Virus record (IMG/VR): IMGVR_UViG_3300033073_001753
Location: 4,390-68,389 of that record
Reading direction: 5' to 3' (one strand)
Source of the DNA: a virus
Taxonomy: Duplodnaviria; Caudoviricetes
Length of the DNA stretch: 64,000 nt
The notes under the pieces were generated by a model. It ran no database searches and was not told where the DNA came from. It saw only the letters and a program-made list of their open reading frames with translations. Made by a program: the position numbers and the translations under genes. This document shows, piece by piece, positions 60,073 through 64,000 of the stretch (its first letter is position 1; every line of letters begins with the position of its first letter).

Positions 60073-61494
60073 ATGTCATGTTTAATTTGTAATATTGATC
60101 TAGAAGGTAAAAAGTTAAGTAATCATATTAAAACTAATCATGGTTTAAATTCAGAAGAATATAGTATTAAATACATTTATAATAATAAAAAACCTATATG
60201 TCTTAATTGTGGTAATCAAACTAGATATGTCGCGTTTTCATACAAAGAATATTGTAAAGATTGTAGTCATATAGCTATGAAAATGGGTGGTAAAAAAGGT
60301 GGAAAAGCAGAAGCGTGGAATAAAGGAAAAACTAAAGAAAATGATAAAAGATTATTACAATATTCAGAAAAAATGTCAGGTGAAAATAATCCTTTCTATA
60401 ATAAACATCATAATGAAGAAACAAAGAATAGAATTAGTTTATCGAAAAGATTAGGTAATCATGAATTAATTCAGAGAATAATTGAAAGAAATGTAGATTT
60501 TGAATTATTAACTCCTTTAAATGAATATTTCAGTAGACAACAACAATACTTGGATTTTAAATGTAAAAAATGTAATAATATATCTAAAAAAACATTACAA
60601 AGTTTTGAAAGAGGTTCTAGGTGTTATATCTGTAATCCAATTGGAACTTCTAATGATGAAATAGAAATATTAAACTATGTTAAAAAAATAACACAGAATA
60701 AAAAAGAAATAAAGCATAAAGATAGAAAAGAAATATCACCTAAAGAAATTGATATATTAATTGAAAATGTAGGTATTGAGTACAATGGTTTATATTGGCA
60801 TTCAGATAATATAAAAGAAAATGACATTGAAGAATATAATAAAGGACATATGTTATTAAAAACAAAATTGTGTTTAGAAAAAGATATATCATTAATTCAT
60901 ATATTTTCAGATGAATGGAAATATAAAAAAGAAATTTGCAAATCGATTATATTAAATAAACTGAAATTAAATTCAAATAAAATATTTGCTAGAAAATGTA
61001 ATATTGTCGAATTAAGTAATGATCAATTTAATAAATTTTTAGATGAAAATCATATATCTGGAAGTGTTAAATCTTCTATTAGATTAGGATTAATATATGA
61101 AAATAAAGTTGTGAGTGTATTAGGTTTAAGAAAACCATTGCAAAAGAAGTGGAACGAATATTATGAAATAAGTAGATTTGCTAGTCAATTAAGTACAAAT
61201 GTAGTAGGTGGATTAAGTAAATTTATAAAATATATTGAAAAAGAATTAAAAATAACAAATATTATGACTTATGCTGATCGTAGATTTGGTGAAGGTAAAA
61301 GTTATGAAAAATGTGGATTTAAATTAATTGGTGATACTGGAATTGATTATTGGTATACTGATTGTGATACAAGAATTGATAGATCAAAAATAAAAGCTAA
61401 AGATGGTAAATCCGAGTTAGAAATTGCAAATGAATCTGGATTTTTAAAAATACATGGGTGTGGAAGTAATATATATATAAAAACTAATATTTGA
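60073..61494 (+). mobile_element. Free-standing putative homing endonuclease (Hef-like): zinc fingers, NUMOD3-like DNA-binding motifs, PD-(D/E)XK/Vsr-like nuclease, possible GNAT/Mom-like C-terminus
   Basis: C2H2 finger CLIC...HIKTNH; CLNC...CKDC; AWNKGKTKE, SGENNPFYNKHH; CKKC...CYIC; EIDI...IEYNGLYWHS; IHIFSDEW; KIFARKC...ENHISG...EISRF...YADRRF...GF. Confidence 0.7.
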
Positions 61495-61497
61495 AAT

Positions 61498-63282
61498 ATG
61501 AAAAAGATTATAACTTTAAATGAATTAAGAAAAATAATTAATACTAATTTATTAACAGAGGCTTTAAATTTTGAAGCAATTGTTACACAAAATCCACCTT
61601 ATTATCAAAAATTTTTTGAAAGATTTTATCCGTATTTTGAAAATTTTAGAAATTATTTAAAAGAATCTTTTATTAATAATGTTAATAATGGATATGAAGA
61701 AGATAGAGAAAAAATACGGATAATTGATTCAGTTGAATATATTAAACTTTTTCATGAAGCTTGTCATAAGTATTTATCGATTTGTGTTATTGAAAATGAT
61801 ATGAATTTATTTTCTTTAATTGTTGATATTGATGATAATTTAAATAATTTTGTAACTAATCCTACAAAAGGTTTAAAAGGTAAATATACAGAATTTATTA
61901 TAAAAATTTTGTCGAGCCATTTTTATCATATTGATTTAAGTCAATATAATAACTTGGCAGATGAGGCAAAGTTTTTAGATTCTTTTAAATTAATTAAAAG
62001 CTTTATTGATGTTTGTGAAAAATCATCTAGTAATGTGTATAAATCAAAAATGCAATTCTTTGATAATCAAATTATTCCTTATATCAATCAATTACAAGCT
62101 ACTGGTAAAATTAGAAATGTACCTAAAATTTCTTCTCAATCTCCCTTACAAGACAAAGTAGCTAAGGTTTTTAATGAATTTGGTTTAGTAAATGGAATTA
62201 ATTTATTAAAAGCTGTTATGGATGAATATTTTGAAAAAGAATCAATTAATGTGAATTCATTTGCAGGATATGATGTTAAATTAATTAATTTTTGTTTACA
62301 GAATAGTTATTGGCAAGAAATAAATTTACCTGGCCAGTCAGGAAATTATAGAATTTTTTTTATTAGTAATAATAGAGAAGGTACAATAGAAATGCCTATG
62401 ACTAAAGATGAATTTTATACCGAATGGGAAAAGTCTGTAGATTGGGTTAAAGTATATGATAAAGTTGAATCTAGAAATTTAGATTATGATGACTATGTTA
62501 AAGGTTTATTTGAAGAAGCATGGGAAAATAAACTAGATGAAATAAAAGGAGCAAATTCAGATCGAGCTGACATTGAATTTGCTTATCGTGCAATGATTTA
62601 TGCTAATAATATATATCCTTTTAAAACTCCTTACAATTCATCTAAAAAGGCAATTAAAGGAGTTGATGTAGCTTATTTTAAATCGATTAAAGATGATGAT
62701 TATTTAGTGTCTGAAGATAATGACAATTTTAAAATTAGAAAAACTGCTGATTGGTGTACAAAAGATAAAACAATATTTTATAGATATTGGGCCGGTACAG
62801 AAGGAACGGATTTAATAAGTGGATTTTTATTGATATTAAATAATTCATTACCTTATAATGACCCAAATGGAGCTGCTTTAATAGGATTAGTAAAAAATAA
62901 AATAAAAATACCAGGATCTATAAATAGATATGAATTTTATGAAACAATACATGAATTAAATGCAAAAGATGAAGATTATCAATTACCTGATTTTATAAAT
63001 GAATTTTGTGGTGAAAAGAAATTAAAAGAAGTTCAAAAAAATGTATTAAATGCTGAAGAATTAGATCTAACTTTAAATAATTTTGAGGATTTTAAAGAAA
63101 TAATAACACAAAATCAAAATCAATATGAATTTTTATCAAAAATAAAAGCATCAGATTATTTAAGAGACGTTGAATCAGGACAAGATATACATCAAATATT
63201 ACAAAATCTGGTAAATCAGAAAAAAATAAATGAAAATCAAATAAGATTATTACGTAGATATATTAAACAACTTTTAATGTAA
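61498..63282 (+). CDS. Hypothetical protein, possible internal head (ejected) protein
   Basis: Starts MKKIITLNELRKIINTNLLTEA, ends INENQIRLLRRYIKQLLM; internal DWCT...FYRY motif. Confidence 0.5.
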   Translation: MKKIITLNELRKIINTNLLTEALNFEAIVTQNPPYYQKFFERFYPYFENFRNYLKESFINNVNNGYEEDREKIRIIDSVEYIKLFHEACHKYLSICVIENDMNLFSLIVDIDDNLNNFVTNPTKGLKGKYTEFIIKILSSHFYHIDLSQYNNLADEAKFLDSFKLIKSFIDVCEKSSSNVYKSKMQFFDNQIIPYINQLQATGKIRNVPKISSQSPLQDKVAKVFNEFGLVNGINLLKAVMDEYFEKESINVNSFAGYDVKLINFCLQNSYWQEINLPGQSGNYRIFFISNNREGTIEMPMTKDEFYTEWEKSVDWVKVYDKVESRNLDYDDYVKGLFEEAWENKLDEIKGANSDRADIEFAYRAMIYANNIYPFKTPYNSSKKAIKGVDVAYFKSIKDDDYLVSEDNDNFKIRKTADWCTKDKTIFYRYWAGTEGTDLISGFLLILNNSLPYNDPNGAALIGLVKNKIKIPGSINRYEFYETIHELNAKDEDYQLPDFINEFCGEKKLKEVQKNVLNAEELDLTLNNFEDFKEIITQNQNQYEFLSKIKASDYLRDVESGQDIHQILQNLVNQKKINENQIRLLRRYIKQLLM

Positions 63283-63335
63283 ACTAACTATAAAATCAAA
63301 ATAATATAATTGATTATATTTAAAAGGATATCGTA

Positions 63336-63698
63336 ATGATAGAAAATCAATTAAACAAATTAGCTAAAATACCTGACGATTTATATTTTATTCAAATGGA
63401 AGAATATCCTTATCTTTTAAAAATTGGAAGAACTAAAAATGCTGAAAAAAGAATAAAACAATTACAGACAGGATCAGGTATTAAATTAAAATTGATACAT
63501 GTGTTTAAAGGATTAGGAAATAAAGAAAAATATCTACATGATGAATTACGTACATGGAGACAATCAGGTGAATGGTTTCTGTGTAATAGCTATTCAGTAG
63601 GTGCAATTCCTAATGAATTTTATGAGAAAATAGATCCGGATCTATTAATCAGAGATAATACTAATTTAAGCATGAGTGGAATAAAGGCTCAAAAATAA
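63336..63698 (+). CDS. T5orf172/MUG113-like GIY-YIG-superfamily protein
   Basis: LYFIQ...LLKIGRT...KRIKQLQTGS...EKYLH.EL...RQSGEWF. Confidence 0.85.
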   Translation: MIENQLNKLAKIPDDLYFIQMEEYPYLLKIGRTKNAEKRIKQLQTGSGIKLKLIHVFKGLGNKEKYLHDELRTWRQSGEWFLCNSYSVGAIPNEFYEKIDPDLLIRDNTNLSMSGIKAQK

Positions 63699-63731
63699 TA
63701 TAATATCTATTACGTGGACAGTTTTAATAAA

Positions 63732-63986
63732 ATGTATTATGTTTATATAATTAAGTGTAATGATGATTCATTATATTGCGGAATAACAGTCGATTTAGAT
63801 AGAAGAATAAAAGAGCATAACGTGTCATCTAAAGGTGCAAAATATACAAGATCTAGAAGGCCTGTGAAATTAGTTTGGTCAAAGTTGGTAGGAAATAGAA
63901 GTGAAGCTTCTAAAGAAGAATGCAGAATAAAGAAATTAAGTAGATTAGAAAAGTTAAAATTGATTAATTCAGAAGCATCAGGTTAA
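63732..63986 (+). CDS. Stand-alone GIY-YIG nuclease (UPF0213/SLX1-like)
   Basis: YYVYIIKCNDDSLYCGITVDLDRRIKEHN...GAKYTRSRRP...EECRIKKLSR..K; ATG 63732 (the track's 63714 is GTG). Confidence 0.9.
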   Translation: MYYVYIIKCNDDSLYCGITVDLDRRIKEHNVSSKGAKYTRSRRPVKLVWSKLVGNRSEASKEECRIKKLSRLEKLKLINSEASG

Positions 63987-64000
63987 TTTGAAATATGTTT

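Noticed and set aside
1-64000. Stop-codon reassignment as in some large AT-rich phages
   Set aside because: Genes are long and intact in code 11, and both TGA (e.g. 8893-8895) and TAG (25967-25969) end genes where a new RBS/ATG follows.
1-64000. tRNA, rRNA, CRISPR array or structured ncRNA
   Set aside because: Intergenic gaps are at most about 130 nt and nearly all A/T; no cloverleaf, repeat-spacer periodicity or stable hairpin other than the MCP terminator was seen by eye.

Overview
A 64 kb, very AT-rich segment of a large T4-superfamily-like (jumbo-type) tailed phage genome, read in the standard genetic code. Every credible gene is on the + strand. Order: (1) 1-4.3 kb, Ser/Thr-rich tail-fibre/adhesin-like genes with a recent near-identical internal duplication and a LamG lectin-like domain; (2) 4.3-9.3 kb, a sigma70-type promoter, a Cas4/RecB-like nuclease, two GT-B glycosyltransferases, a small membrane protein, a gp55-like late sigma factor and a possible small terminase; (3) 9.3-42.1 kb, a very large baseplate/tail block (gp5-like spike, gp25, gp6, then about 10 giant Asn/Ile/Lys-rich proteins with LamG, FN3 and paralogous terminal motifs); (4) 42.1-47.4 kb, a RuvC-like resolvase, a primase and a single-chain Mre11/SbcD-Rad50/SbcC fusion; (5) 47.4-60 kb, the head module (TerL, portal, prohead protease, paralogous accessory proteins, scaffold, gp23-like MCP, terminator); (6) 60-64 kb, a zinc-finger/PD-(D/E)XK endonuclease with a possible Mom-like GNAT C-terminus, a probable internal head protein and two GIY-YIG-superfamily nucleases. 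The most interesting leads are the nuclease plus putative DNA-modifying-domain fusion after the MCP, a set of unrelated proteins sharing a putative capsid-targeting helix and prohead-protease sites, a nested translation start in the scaffold, the SbcD-SbcC fusion with a CX6C hook, and the glycosyltransferase pair between adhesin and baseplate genes. All family calls come from reading motifs by eye; no database searches were run. No tRNA, rRNA, CRISPR array, intein, reverse transcriptase, tail sheath, tail tube or tape measure gene was recognised.
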